DNA of 64,000 nt. It comes from Pseudomonadota bacterium (lineage in GTDB: Bacteria > Pseudomonadota > Alphaproteobacteria > Caulobacterales > Caulobacteraceae). The notes below the pieces were generated by a model. That model did not search any database. It saw nothing but the letters and a program-made list of their open reading frames with translations, and was not told the DNA's origin. The position numbers and the translations under genes are program-made. Below are positions 37,139 to 46,620 of the stretch, in pieces; position 1 is the stretch's first letter, and each line of letters opens with the position of its first letter. Location of the stretch: positions 86,554 to 150,553 of the forward strand of contig JBMOOF010000058.1 of the NCBI GenBank assembly GCA_049323695.1, written 5' to 3'.

Positions 37139-38512
37139 TCAGTAGGCGCAGTCCTCGAAGACGCGGGCGATGTCGCCGCCCCAGGGGCCGTGGAACTTCT
37201 CCAGCAGGCGCTCGGCCGGGGTCAGGCCGCTGTCGGCGATCTGCTCGAGTTCGCGCAGATAGACCGTCTCGTCGACGAAGCCGCCGTCCAGCCGGGCGCG
37301 GCGCTTGAGGCCCTCGCCGGCGATGGCGACCATGTCCCGGGCCACGTCCTGCACGGTGCGGCCGGCGACCGTCGCCTTCAGCCCCTGGCGGGTGACGTCG
37401 CGGCGGAGCTGCTCGCGCGCCTCGCGGGTCCAGGCCTTGCAGAGGTCCCAGGCCGCGGCCAGGGCGGCGCCGTCGTAGAAGATCCCCGTCCACAGCGCCG
37501 GCAGGGCGCACAGCCGGCTCCAGGGACCGCCGTCGGCGCCGCGCATCTCCAGGTACTGCTTGAGCCGGACCTCCGGGAAGATCGTGGTGGTGTGGTCGGC
37601 CCAGTCCTTGATCGTCGCCCGCTCGCCCGGCGCCTCGGCCAGCCGCCCGTCGATGAAATCGCGGAACGAGCGGCCGGCGACGTCGATGTAGAGGCCCTTC
37701 CGCTTGACGAAGTACATCGGCACGTCGAGGGCGTAGCGGGCGTAGCGTTCGAACCCGAAGCCGTCCTCGAACACGAAGTCGAGCATGCCGGTGCGGTCGG
37801 GGTCGGTGTCGGTCCAGACATTGGCCCGGGCCGACAGGAAGCCGTTGGGCCGGCCCTCGGTGAACGGCGAGTTGGCGAACAGGGCGGTGGCGATCGGCTG
37901 CAGCGCCAGGCTGGTCCGGAACTTGGCGACCATGTCGGCTTCGGAGGCGAAGTCGAGATTGGCCTGCACCGTGCAGGTCCGGAACATCATGTCCAGGCCC
38001 AGGCCCCCGACCTTGGGCATGTAGTTGCGCATGATCGCGTAGCGGCCCTTGGGCATCACCGCCGCCTGCGCGCGGGTGATGGTCGGGTGGAAGCCCAGGC
38101 CCAGGAATCCCAGGTTCAGCTCGTCGGCGACCTGCTTGACCTCTTCCAGGTGGCGGCCGGTCTCCTCGCAGATCTCGTGCATCGAGTTCAGCGGCGCGCC
38201 GGACAGCTCGAACTGGCCGCCGGGCTCCAGGCTGACGCTGGCGCCGCCGCGCTCCAGCGCGATCAGGGTGCGGCCGCCGTCGGCCCGGTCCTCGTAGACG
38301 CCTTCCCAGCCGAACCGCATCAGCCCCCGCAGCATGGCCTCGATGCCGTCCGGCCCGTCGTAGGACACCGATTCGTGGGTCTTCAGGCGGAAGCCGAACT
38401 TCTCGTGCTCGGCGCCGACGCGCCATCGCTCGGCCGGCTTGGCGCCGGCCGCGAACCAGGCGGTCAGGTCGTCGAGCGCGAGGGGCCGGTCGTCACAAAC
38501 AGCATCGGCCAT
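37139..38512 (-). CDS. gshA: glutamate--cysteine ligase (plant/alphaproteobacterial GCS2 type)
   Basis: Track ORF, 457 aa. RVGAEHEKFGF, SLEPGGQFELSGAP, MMFRTCTVQANLDF, FANSPF..G..NG.LS.RA.VW.DTDPDR. Confidence 0.9.
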   Translation of the reverse strand: MADAVCDDRPLALDDLTAWFAAGAKPAERWRVGAEHEKFGFRLKTHESVSYDGPDGIEAMLRGLMRFGWEGVYEDRADGGRTLIALERGGASVSLEPGGQFELSGAPLNSMHEICEETGRHLEEVKQVADELNLGFLGLGFHPTITRAQAAVMPKGRYAIMRNYMPKVGGLGLDMMFRTCTVQANLDFASEADMVAKFRTSLALQPIATALFANSPFTEGRPNGFLSARANVWTDTDPDRTGMLDFVFEDGFGFERYARYALDVPMYFVKRKGLYIDVAGRSFRDFIDGRLAEAPGERATIKDWADHTTTIFPEVRLKQYLEMRGADGGPWSRLCALPALWTGIFYDGAALAAAWDLCKAWTREAREQLRRDVTRQGLKATVAGRTVQDVARDMVAIAGEGLKRRARLDGGFVDETVYLRELEQIADSGLTPAERLLEKFHGPWGGDIARVFEDCAY

Positions 38513-38679
38513 AATTTGCCTCCCCAGGCGGTCTTTGCTGGCAAGGGAGGCCCTATCCCCGACCGGGCGCGATCAATACGCTCTTGCGCAGGTGGGAGAC
38601 AATCACGCGCCGCGCAAGGGTTCGTGACGGCGGCGTCAACGTCGAGGCGCCGGGCGCGGCGACGGGAGCGACAGCCTGC

Positions 38680-39471
38680 TCATGTCCCCGGGACGGCCGG
38701 ATCGGCCCGACGGGCTTGCGGAAGCTGTCCCGCCATTTCCGGGCGCCAATCCCCCCGCGCCGCCTGCCACAGGGTCAGGGCGCTGATCGCCGCGGTGTCG
38801 GCGCGCAGGACGCGGGGGCCGAGCGAGACGGCGGTGACGAACGGCAGGCGGCGCAGACGCTCGGCCTCCTCGGGCGCGAAGCCGCCCTCCGGGCCGATGA
38901 GCACGGCCCATTTCAGATCGTCCTCCCCGGCTTGCCGGGGTGGATTGAGCGCGAGCAGTGGAGGCGCGCCGCCGGTCTCGTCGCAGAACATCAGCCGTCG
39001 CGCGGGGTCCCAGGCTTCCAGCAGGCGGTCGAGCTTCTCCGGCGCGACGATGTCGGGGACGTCCAGCCGGCCGGTCTGTTCGGCGGCCTCCACGGCGATG
39101 GCCCGCAGCCGCGCGAGGTTCGTGTGGTCGGCGTTGGTCCGCCGGGTGATGGCCAGCCGCACGCGCCGGGCGCCGAGCTCGGCGGCCTTCTCGACGATGG
39201 TCTCCAGCCGCCCGCGCTTGACCAGGGCGACCACCAGGTCGAGGTCGGGGACGCTCGCCTGCGGCCGGACCATCGCCCCGACGGTCAGGCGGCAGGCCCG
39301 CTTGCCCGCCTCGACCAGCGTCGCCCGCCACTCGCCGTCCCGGCCGTTGAAGACCAGCACATCGGCCCCGACGCCCAGCCGCATGACGGTGGTCAGATAG
39401 CGTCCCTGCTCGGGCGAGGGGACCACGCCCGCGCCGGACGCCAGCGGATCGGGAACGAAGAGCCGGATCAT
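38680..39471 (-). CDS. rsmE: 16S rRNA (uracil1498-N3)-methyltransferase
   Basis: Track ORF, 263 aa. MIRLFV..., ..YLTTVMRL..GD.LVFNGRDGEW, ..KLE.IVEKA.ELG..., LIGPEGGF..EE, SLGPRVLRADTAA. Confidence 0.85.
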   Translation of the reverse strand: MIRLFVPDPLASGAGVVPSPEQGRYLTTVMRLGVGADVLVFNGRDGEWRATLVEAGKRACRLTVGAMVRPQASVPDLDLVVALVKRGRLETIVEKAAELGARRVRLAITRRTNADHTNLARLRAIAVEAAEQTGRLDVPDIVAPEKLDRLLEAWDPARRLMFCDETGGAPPLLALNPPRQAGEDDLKWAVLIGPEGGFAPEEAERLRRLPFVTAVSLGPRVLRADTAAISALTLWQAARGDWRPEMAGQLPQARRADPAVPGT

Positions 39472-39487
39472 CGGCCGCGTCCCGCGC

Positions 39488-40378
39488 TCAGCCCTGGAAG
39501 CCGCGCGGCCGGTCGAAGTAGCGATAGCCGAAGTCGTGCTTCAGGTGGCGATCCATGATCGACAGCATCAGGGCCCGGTCGGCCTCGCTGAACTCGGTCT
39601 TGCCGACGCCGTCCATGCGCAGGGGCTTGAACTCGATGGTCGGGTCCTGGGCCTTGGCCATCTCCTCCTTGCTGCCGCTGGCGACGCCGACGTCCAGCGC
39701 CTCCGGGCTGAGGTCCAGCCGCAGCTGCCGGGCGATCGCCTCCAGCTGGCCGCGCGCGTCCTTGCGGAAGTCCTCGTACTTGAAGACCTTCGTCTCCTCG
39801 GGATAGCGCCGCGCCACCTCCCCCCACTGGTTGAGGAAGTGGATGTACCACCACACGTCGCAGATATAGCTCTTGGCCGTCGGGTCCCCGGCGACGTAGA
39901 CGGAGAAGGGCACGCCGTAGCGCTCCCGCCACTTCTCGTAGTTCGAGATCAGCACGTCGGGGATGTTGCGCACCACCACCGCGTAGGGCGGCAGCGGCAG
40001 CAGGCCGCGCAGCCAGCCCCAGCGGGCGGCGTTGGGGGCGATCGAGTGGGTGCTGGCGATCCTCGGCAGGTGCTTGTGGACCCGCTCGTGCTTGGGGTGG
40101 CCGATGTACTCGTTCGACGACGGGTTGTTCATGAACTTCAGCGGCTCGAGCCCGTAGTGGTGGGCGATCGCCTGGCTGAGCATCCACTTGATCCAGTGGG
40201 TGCCGGAATTCTGGCCCGTGGCCAGGAAGCCGTCCCAGTCGCGATGCTGGAACAGGTTCAGATTGGTGTTGTCGCGGTCGAGACAGTGCAGGCGGAAGGT
40301 CCGGTCGGCGGCCTCCCCGCCACGCCTGTGCGGGGGGATCTCCGCGTCGCGACTTGTCAAACTCGTCAAGGTCTTCAC
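39488..40378 (-). CDS. sulfotransferase family protein (orphan)
   Basis: Track ORF, 296 aa. PAPS 5'-phosphosulfate loop-like TGQNSGTHW (compare PKxGTTW) and 3'-phosphate motif-like VVRNIPDVLIS (compare RNPxD). Start uncertain: GTG 40378 has its SD too close, and TTG lies 9 or 18 nt downstream. Confidence 0.6.
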   Translation of the reverse strand: MKTLTSLTSRDAEIPPHRRGGEAADRTFRLHCLDRDNTNLNLFQHRDWDGFLATGQNSGTHWIKWMLSQAIAHHYGLEPLKFMNNPSSNEYIGHPKHERVHKHLPRIASTHSIAPNAARWGWLRGLLPLPPYAVVVRNIPDVLISNYEKWRERYGVPFSVYVAGDPTAKSYICDVWWYIHFLNQWGEVARRYPEETKVFKYEDFRKDARGQLEAIARQLRLDLSPEALDVGVASGSKEEMAKAQDPTIEFKPLRMDGVGKTEFSEADRALMLSIMDRHLKHDFGYRYFDRPRGFQG

Positions 40379-40455
40379 TCTCCCGTTCGCCCGGCGGGCC
40401 CTATATGCGACAGGAGACGGCGAGTGTCGACGACACCGGGCGGGGAGCGTGCGCC

Positions 40456-41436
40456 ATGGACTATGTGAGGCTCGGCGACACCGGCCTGAAGGTCTCGCGC
40501 CTGTGCCTGGGCTGCATGACCTACGGCGGCAAGGACTGGCGGCCCTGGGTGCTGGAGGAGGCGGAGGCCAGGCCCTTCTTCCGGGCGGCCATCGAAGGCG
40601 GGATCACCTTCTTCGACACCGCTAACATGTATTCGATGGGCCAGAGCGAGGTGATCACCGGCAAGCTGCTGAAGGAGTTCGCGACCCGGGACGAGGTGGT
40701 GATCGCCACCAAGGTCAACTTCCCCATGGGCGCCGGTCCCAACGACAGGGGCCTGTCGCGCAAGCACATCATGGCCCAGATCGACGCCAGCCTGACTCGG
40801 CTGGGAACCGACTACGTCGACCTCTACCAGATCCATCGCTTCGACTACGAAACCCCGATCGAGGAGACGCTGGAGGCGCTGCATGACGTGGTGAAGGCCG
40901 GCAAGGCCCGCTACATCGGCGCCTCGTCCATGTACGCCTGGCAGTTCGCGAGGATGCTGGCCGTCAGCGAACGGCACGGCTGGACGCGCTTCGTCTCGAT
41001 GCAGCCGCAGTACAATCTCGTCTACCGCGAGGAGGAGCGGGAGATGCTGCCGCTCTGCAAGGCCGAGGGGATCGGGGTCATCCCCTGGTCGCCGCTGGCG
41101 CGGGGCTTCCTGGCCGGCGGCCGGGCCCGGGCGGGCGAGGGGAACACCGAGCGCGCCCGCACCGACGAGTTCGCCCCCCGGCTCTACTACCGTGAAGCCG
41201 ACTTCGCCGTGGTCGACGCGGTCGAGGCCATTGCGTCCATGCGCGGCCTCTCCAACATGCAGGTCGCGCTGGCCTGGGTGCTGCGCAACCCGGCGATCAC
41301 CGCCCCGATCGTCGGGGCCAGCAAGCTCTCCCACCTGACCGAGGCCCTGGCCGCGCTCGACGTCACCCTCGGCGAGGACGAGGTCGCGACGCTGGAAAAA
41401 CCGTACCGGCCCAAGCCCGTGCTGGACCACGCGTGA
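40456..41436 (+). CDS. aldo/keto reductase
   Basis: Track ORF 40354-41436 trimmed to ATG 40456 (GGGGAG upstream). MDYVRLGDTGLKVSRLCLGCMTYG, FFDTANMY, YVDLYQIHRFD, IGASSMYAW. Confidence 0.9.
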   Translation: MDYVRLGDTGLKVSRLCLGCMTYGGKDWRPWVLEEAEARPFFRAAIEGGITFFDTANMYSMGQSEVITGKLLKEFATRDEVVIATKVNFPMGAGPNDRGLSRKHIMAQIDASLTRLGTDYVDLYQIHRFDYETPIEETLEALHDVVKAGKARYIGASSMYAWQFARMLAVSERHGWTRFVSMQPQYNLVYREEEREMLPLCKAEGIGVIPWSPLARGFLAGGRARAGEGNTERARTDEFAPRLYYREADFAVVDAVEAIASMRGLSNMQVALAWVLRNPAITAPIVGASKLSHLTEALAALDVTLGEDEVATLEKPYRPKPVLDHA

Positions 41437-41548
41437 TGCACTGCGTCCTTCGACACGCCCCCGGATCAGGTCCGGGGGCTGCTCAGGATGACGTGTTCAT
41501 TGGACGCCACGGTGAGCAGCGGGCGCAGCCCGCGTGTCGAACCACGCA

Positions 41549-42760
41549 ATGAGCAAGCCGTTCGACCTCTCCCTCAAACAGGCCCGGCGGATCGCCCTGA
41601 ACGCCCAGGGATTCGGGGACTCGCGCCGGATCGCGGCGCCGGGCCGGCGCGGCTTCGGCAGGGTCGTCGACCGGCTGGGCGTCATCCAGATCGACAGCGT
41701 CAACGTCCTGACCCGCACCCATTATCTGCCGGCCTTCTCGCGGCTGGGGGACTATCCGCGGGCGGTGCTCGAGACGGAGGCCTGGGGCCGGCGGCGGAGC
41801 CTGTTCGAGTACTGGGGGCACGAGGCTTCCCTGCTGCCGCTGAGGCTCCAGCCCCTGCTGCGCTGGCGGATGGCCCGGGCCGAGGCCGGCGAGACCTGGA
41901 CGGGCCTGGCCCGCTTCGGCCGCGAGCGGCGCGACTATATCGAGGGCGTGCTGGCCGAGATCGAGAAGCGCGGACCGGTCACCGGCGGCGACTTCGCCGC
42001 CGGCCCGCGCGGCGCGCCCGGATGGTGGAGCTGGTCGGACGGCAAGCGGGCGCTGGAGTGGCTGTTCTGGACCGGCCGGATCACCACCGCCACCCGGCGC
42101 GGCTTCGAGCGGGTCTACGACCTGCCCGAGCGGGCCCTGCCGGCCGCCGTCCTCGACCTGCCGACGCCCGACGAGGCCGAGGCCCAGCGCGAGCTGGTGC
42201 GGCTGTCGGCGAAGGCCATGGGCGTCGCCACCGAGGCCGACCTGCGCGACTACTTCCGCCTGCCCCTCGAGGGCGCCCGCCGCGCCGTGGCGGCGCTGGT
42301 CGAGGCCGGCGAGCTGACGCCCGTCGCCGTGCAGGGCTGGAGCAAGCCGGCCTTCCTGCATCCCGAGGCGCGACCCAGGCGCATCGCCGCCCAAGCCCTG
42401 CTGTCGCCGTTCGACAACCTGATCTGGTTCCGCGAGCGGGCCGAACGGTTGTTCGGCGTCCAGATCCGGCTGGAGATCTACACCCCGGCCGAGAAGCGCA
42501 CCCACGGCTACTATGTGTTGCCGTTCCTGGAGGGCGAGGCGATCACCGCCCGCGTCGACCTCAAGGCCGACCGCCAGGCGAAGGTGCTGCGCGTTCAGGC
42601 GGCGCACGCCGAGCCGGAGGCGACCGCCGACACGCCCGCGGCCCTGGCCGCCGAGCTGCGTCGCATGGCTGGCTGGCTGGGACTGGACGAGGTGGCGGTC
42701 GCGCACCGGGGCGGCCTGGCCCACCGCCTGCAGGCCGCGCTGAAGGCGCCCGCCGGCTGA
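41549..42760 (+). CDS. ycaQ: YcaQ/AlkZ family winged-helix DNA glycosylase (DUF1006)
   Basis: Track ORF 41534-42760. LGVIQIDSVNVLTRTHYLPAFSRL, EYWGHEAS, LSPFDNLIWFRERAERLFGV.YRLEIYTPA.KR.HGYYVLPFL. Confidence 0.8.
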   Translation: MSKPFDLSLKQARRIALNAQGFGDSRRIAAPGRRGFGRVVDRLGVIQIDSVNVLTRTHYLPAFSRLGDYPRAVLETEAWGRRRSLFEYWGHEASLLPLRLQPLLRWRMARAEAGETWTGLARFGRERRDYIEGVLAEIEKRGPVTGGDFAAGPRGAPGWWSWSDGKRALEWLFWTGRITTATRRGFERVYDLPERALPAAVLDLPTPDEAEAQRELVRLSAKAMGVATEADLRDYFRLPLEGARRAVAALVEAGELTPVAVQGWSKPAFLHPEARPRRIAAQALLSPFDNLIWFRERAERLFGVQIRLEIYTPAEKRTHGYYVLPFLEGEAITARVDLKADRQAKVLRVQAAHAEPEATADTPAALAAELRRMAGWLGLDEVAVAHRGGLAHRLQAALKAPAG

Positions 42761-42874
42761 CCGATATCGGGAATGTGAGCGGGTGCGACACCGTCGGCGG
42801 TTTCGCGCTGGGCCGTCGATAGGTTAACGACACCGCTTCGACCGCCCGGGGGGCCAATCGGGGGAGTCCGAACC

Positions 42875-43582
42875 TTGAAGATGCCGGATGAGCGCCTGTC
42901 GCGGCGCGGACTGATCGTCGGCCTGGCCGCCCTGACCGCCTCCTGCGCCGCGTCCTCGCCGCGCCGACCGGCCCTGGTCGCCGCCGCCCCGGCCGCGCCG
43001 GCGCCCCTCGCGGTCGCGCCGCCGCCGCTCGCCGTCCCGGCCGCCGTCGGCCCCGAGCTCGATCCCGACCATCTGATCCGCCGGCCGCTGATGCACGCCG
43101 CCCTCGACGCCCTCAAGCGGCACAAGGACCGCGTTCCGCACGAGGACCGGATCTACATCGTCGACTTCCAGCGCCATTCCAGCGCGCCCCGCCTCTACCG
43201 GCTGGACCTCGTCAGCGGGCGCGCGACCGCCTTCCGCACCGCCCACGGCAAGGGTTCGGACCCCGAGCACAGCGGCTTCGCCCGGCGCTTCTCCAACGTG
43301 CCCAACTCCAACGCCTCATCGGTCGGCGCCTATGTCACCGCCGGTCCGGGCATGGGCGCCAGGCATGGCCCCAACGTGATCCTCGAGGGGCTGGAGCCGA
43401 CCAACTCCCAGGCCCGCGAGCGGGCGATCATCGTCCACGCCGCCGACTACTGCGAGCCGGCCTACCTGGCCGCCAACGGCAAGCTCGGCCGCTCCTACGG
43501 CTGCTTCAGCGTCAATCAGGCCGACCTCGCCGCCCTCCGCCCCGACATGGACGCCGGCCGGTTGCTGTTCGCGGGGGTCTAG
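42875..43582 (+). CDS. L,D-transpeptidase-like (YkuD_2) catalytic-domain protein with Tat-type signal
   Basis: Track ORF, 235 aa. SRRGLIVGLAAL twin-Arg signal. HGKGSDP, IIVHAADY, SYGCFSV (catalytic Cys context). Confidence 0.7.
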   Translation: MKMPDERLSRRGLIVGLAALTASCAASSPRRPALVAAAPAAPAPLAVAPPPLAVPAAVGPELDPDHLIRRPLMHAALDALKRHKDRVPHEDRIYIVDFQRHSSAPRLYRLDLVSGRATAFRTAHGKGSDPEHSGFARRFSNVPNSNASSVGAYVTAGPGMGARHGPNVILEGLEPTNSQARERAIIVHAADYCEPAYLAANGKLGRSYGCFSVNQADLAALRPDMDAGRLLFAGV

Positions 43583-44244
43583 ACCTTCGGCGCGATAACC
43601 GTCGGCAGCGGCTCCTTGCGGGGCAGCCGCTTGTTCCGTTTGTGGTAGCGGCTCTGGTAGTCGCGCCGCTGCTTGGCGACCTCGTAGAGCACGATCCCCG
43701 AGCTCGTCCCCAGGTTCAAACTCTCGATCATCCCGAACATGGGGATGCTGACGCACATGGCGCTGCGCGAGACGGCGAGGTCGCTGATGCCTGTCGACTC
43801 GCTGCCGAACCAGACCGCCAGCTTGGCGTGGGTTGTGAAGTCGCCCTCGTGGAGGAAGATGCTGGTCTTCCCCTTCACATGCGGCGAGGTGACCACCGAG
43901 ACGAAGTTCTTGCGCTCAAGGTGGTCGAAGCACTCGTCGGTGCTGTCAAACCGCTTCACAAACGTCCACTTCACCGCCGACACAGAAGTCTTCGAGATCG
44001 ACCGCCGCTCGCGCAGGTCCTGCCAGTCGTCCGGCAGGGCGCGCCTGGGATCGACGACGTAGACCTTCTCGACCCCGAGCGCGTTCACGTTGCGGATGAC
44101 GGTCCCGATGTTGGCGATGTCATGCGGGTTCTCCAGCACCGCGATCAGGTTCTTGCAGCGGAACGGGGCGATCTCCTTGGCGCGTTGGCGGACCCCCGGC
44201 TTGGACCGGGCCAGCTCGTCGGTCGTGGTGCTGTCTTCTGTCAT
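43579..44244 (-). CDS. TrmH/SpoU family RNA 2'-O-methyltransferase
   Basis: C-terminal 221 codons of track ORF 43579-46263, start ATG 44244 (MTEDSTTTDE). SpoU motifs: LENPHDIANIGTVIRNVNALG, VWFGSESTGIS, IPMFGMIESLNLGTSSGIVLYE. Basic C-terminal tail. Confidence 0.85.
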   Translation of the reverse strand: MTEDSTTTDELARSKPGVRQRAKEIAPFRCKNLIAVLENPHDIANIGTVIRNVNALGVEKVYVVDPRRALPDDWQDLRERRSISKTSVSAVKWTFVKRFDSTDECFDHLERKNFVSVVTSPHVKGKTSIFLHEGDFTTHAKLAVWFGSESTGISDLAVSRSAMCVSIPMFGMIESLNLGTSSGIVLYEVAKQRRDYQSRYHKRNKRLPRKEPLPTVIAPKV

Positions 44245-44418
44245 CACGGTGCTCAGCCCGCTCCATGCATCGCCATCACATCGCGCCGCAGCTGGGCGCC
44301 ACAGCCGGACCGGGAACCTTCGGAATATGCATGCAACGCTCCCCCGAACATGCGTGGGCGGAGTTGTAGGGGAAGATGGGACAGACGCGCCAGTGTCTGT
44401 GCCTCGCGCTCCAGACGA

Positions 44419-44445
44419 CTCTTCCCCAGATTCGCCGGGGAAGAG
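44419..44445 (-). terminator. hairpin just downstream of the ABC exporter gene
   Basis: CTCTTCCCC-agattcgcc-GGGGAAGAG, 9 nt after the stop at 44454. No clear U tract. Confidence 0.4.
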
Positions 44446-44453
44446 CGCGGGAA

Positions 44454-46241
44454 CTACGCCGTTCCCTCGGCAACCGCCGCCAGCCTCGCATACGCCCCGC
44501 CCCTGGCCTTCAGCTCGGCGTGGCGGCCTTCCTCGACGATGCGGCCCCGGTCGAAGACCAGGATGCGGTCGGCGCCGCGGATGGTGGACAGGCGGTGGGC
44601 GATGACGATGGTCGTGCGCCCGGCCATCAGCTCCTCCATCGCCGCCTGGACGGCCAGCTCGGTCTCCACGTCCAGCGAGCTGGTGGCCTCGTCGAAGACC
44701 AGGATCGGGGCGTCGGCCAGGAAGGCGCGGGCGATGGCCACGCGCTGGCGCTCGCCGCCGCTGAGCTTGACGCCGCGCTCGCCGACCAGGGTGTCGTAGC
44801 CCCTGGGCAGCTTTTCGATGAACTCCGCCGCCCGGGCGCGCCTGGCCGCCAGCCGGATCTCCTCCAGCGTGGCGCCCGGGCGGGCGTAGCCGATGTTCTC
44901 GGCGATCGAGCGGTGGAACAGGGCGGGGTCCTGCGGCACCACGGCGATGGCGCGGCGCAGGTCGCCCTGGCGGACGGCGGCGATGTCCTGGCCGTCGATG
45001 CGGATGGCGCCGCCCTGCAGGTCGTAGAGCCGCTGGATCAGCTTCACGAAGGTCGACTTGCCGGCCCCCGTGGGCCCGACCAGCGCCACCCGCTCGCCGG
45101 GCGCGATGCGCAGGTTGAAGGCGTCGTAGAGCGGCGTCTCCGCGCTCTTGTAGCGGAAGGTGACCCCGTCGAAGACGATCTCGCCCTCGACCCCGCGGAA
45201 GGTCTCGGGGGTCCCGGGATCGGGCACCTGCGGCGACAGCCGCGCGAAGGCGGCGACGTCCTCGACGTCGTCGAGGCCCTTCTGCAGCATGCGCACGTTC
45301 TCGCCGATGTTCCGCAAGTGGCCGTTCATCTGCATGAAGGTGGTGATGCCGAAGGCGATGTCGCCCGGCGTCGCGCGGCCCTGGGTCCACAGCCAGACCA
45401 GCGTCCCGGTCATGCCCGCCTGCAGCAGCATGGTCAGCAGGTTCTGCGCCAGCCAGATGTTCATGAACCGGCCCCAGGTGACCAGGACCGCGCCGCGCCA
45501 CTCGTCCGTCAGCCGGGCGAACCGGGCCTCTTCTCGCGCCTCGGCGCCGAAGCCCTTGACGGTCGGGTTGGAGCTCAGGGCGTCGGCCAGCGCGCCGCCG
45601 ATCCGCGAGTCGAGCGCGTTCGAGCGAAGGTTGGCCGGCCGCACATAGATCTTCACCACCCACAGGTTCAGGATCAGGAAGCTGATCACCACCGCGAAGG
45701 TCAGCACGCCCAGCAGCGGCCACCGGACGCCGATCAGCACCGACTGGCCGACCAGCAGCAGCAGGGCCGGGCCCAGCCAGAGGACCACCGCGTCGGATAC
45801 GGCGTCGTATCCCCACATCCCGCGCGACAGTTTGCGCACGGTCGAGCCGGCGAAGCTGTCGGCGTGCCAGTCGGCGGAGAAGGACTGCACGCGGGCGAAG
45901 CCCTCGTTGGTCATCTCCTTCATGTTGGCCGCCGCCAGCGGGTTCCACATCCGGAACGCCACGTTGCGGCCGATGGCCCAGACCAGATAGGCGCCGACGA
46001 AGAAGGCCCAGGCCAGCCAGACGCCGTCCTCCGACGCGCCCGGCGTGGTCACCGCGTCCACCAGGCCGCGCGCCGCCCAGGGCAGGGCGAGCTCGAAGCC
46101 CAGGGCGGTCAGCATGCCGATCACCGAGCCGGCCAGCAGCCATCGCCGCCGCAGCCAGAAGCCGGCGACAAAGGCCATGACCTGGCCGTTGGAGAGCACC
46201 CGTCCGCGGGTGACCTCCTCGTCCTCGTACTGCTCGCTCAT
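44454..46241 (-). CDS. ABC transporter, fused permease/ATP-binding protein (type I exporter)
   Basis: Track ORF, 595 aa. Six-TM N-terminal half. Walker A GPTGAGKST, signature LSGGERQRVAIARA, Walker B ILVFDEATS. Confidence 0.9.
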   Translation of the reverse strand: MSEQYEDEEVTRGRVLSNGQVMAFVAGFWLRRRWLLAGSVIGMLTALGFELALPWAARGLVDAVTTPGASEDGVWLAWAFFVGAYLVWAIGRNVAFRMWNPLAAANMKEMTNEGFARVQSFSADWHADSFAGSTVRKLSRGMWGYDAVSDAVVLWLGPALLLLVGQSVLIGVRWPLLGVLTFAVVISFLILNLWVVKIYVRPANLRSNALDSRIGGALADALSSNPTVKGFGAEAREEARFARLTDEWRGAVLVTWGRFMNIWLAQNLLTMLLQAGMTGTLVWLWTQGRATPGDIAFGITTFMQMNGHLRNIGENVRMLQKGLDDVEDVAAFARLSPQVPDPGTPETFRGVEGEIVFDGVTFRYKSAETPLYDAFNLRIAPGERVALVGPTGAGKSTFVKLIQRLYDLQGGAIRIDGQDIAAVRQGDLRRAIAVVPQDPALFHRSIAENIGYARPGATLEEIRLAARRARAAEFIEKLPRGYDTLVGERGVKLSGGERQRVAIARAFLADAPILVFDEATSSLDVETELAVQAAMEELMAGRTTIVIAHRLSTIRGADRILVFDRGRIVEEGRHAELKARGGAYARLAAVAEGTA

Positions 46242-46308
46242 GGAAAGACCTGGAGGCGCTCACATAGTCCCGAACGCCGTTCGGCGGGAGAGGCGGAGGC
46301 GGCTTTCT

Positions 46309-46605
46309 TCAGGACGCTGGCCCCTCGGCCACACCCTGTCGACGCCGCCTGCCGCCTCCCAACGGGCGCCAGCGCAGGAAGCCGATGATCGCCGGGCCGA
46401 CCACGGGCGTGCGCAACAGCGGCCGGACGGCGCCCGGGCGCGTCTTCAGGAAGCAGACCACCGCCCCGATCCAGAACACCGTGGTCGGCAGGCCGGGCGT
46501 CACGATCCCCACCGCGCCGATCGCCGCCAGCCCGCCGCCCAGCACATCGAGCGCGGCGCGAGCGGCCGGGGACCGGCGAGGGCGGCGAGGGGAAGGGGCG
46601 TCCAT
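46309..46605 (-). CDS. DUF454/YbaN family inner-membrane protein, apparently C-terminally truncated (possible pseudogene)
   Basis: Track ORF, 98 aa. GIVTPGLPTTVFWIGAVVCFLKTRPG..LL..P..GP.I..FLRW matches the first half of YbaN-type proteins. The tail RPLGGGRRRRQGVAEGPAS replaces the expected two C-terminal TM helices. Confidence 0.5.
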   Translation of the reverse strand: MDAPSPRRPRRSPAARAALDVLGGGLAAIGAVGIVTPGLPTTVFWIGAVVCFLKTRPGAVRPLLRTPVVGPAIIGFLRWRPLGGGRRRRQGVAEGPAS

Positions 46606-46620
46606 CGACCAACTCTATCG

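Noticed and set aside
43579-44244. The lower overall GC of the TrmH/SpoU gene looked like horizontal transfer.
   Set aside because: Reading the codons shows that third positions are still almost all G/C. The lower GC comes from amino-acid composition (Lys, Asn, Phe, Ile, Ser), so codon usage gives no support for foreign origin.
43579-46263. 894-aa minus-strand ORF suggesting one giant protein.
   Set aside because: Only its last 221 codons (TrmH/SpoU) are real. The upstream part is an alternative frame of the ABC exporter gene, whose true frame is 44454-46241. The same frame-fusion artefact occurs at 4732-6585, 6598-7875, 10261-12084, 13893-14993 and 58709-61150.
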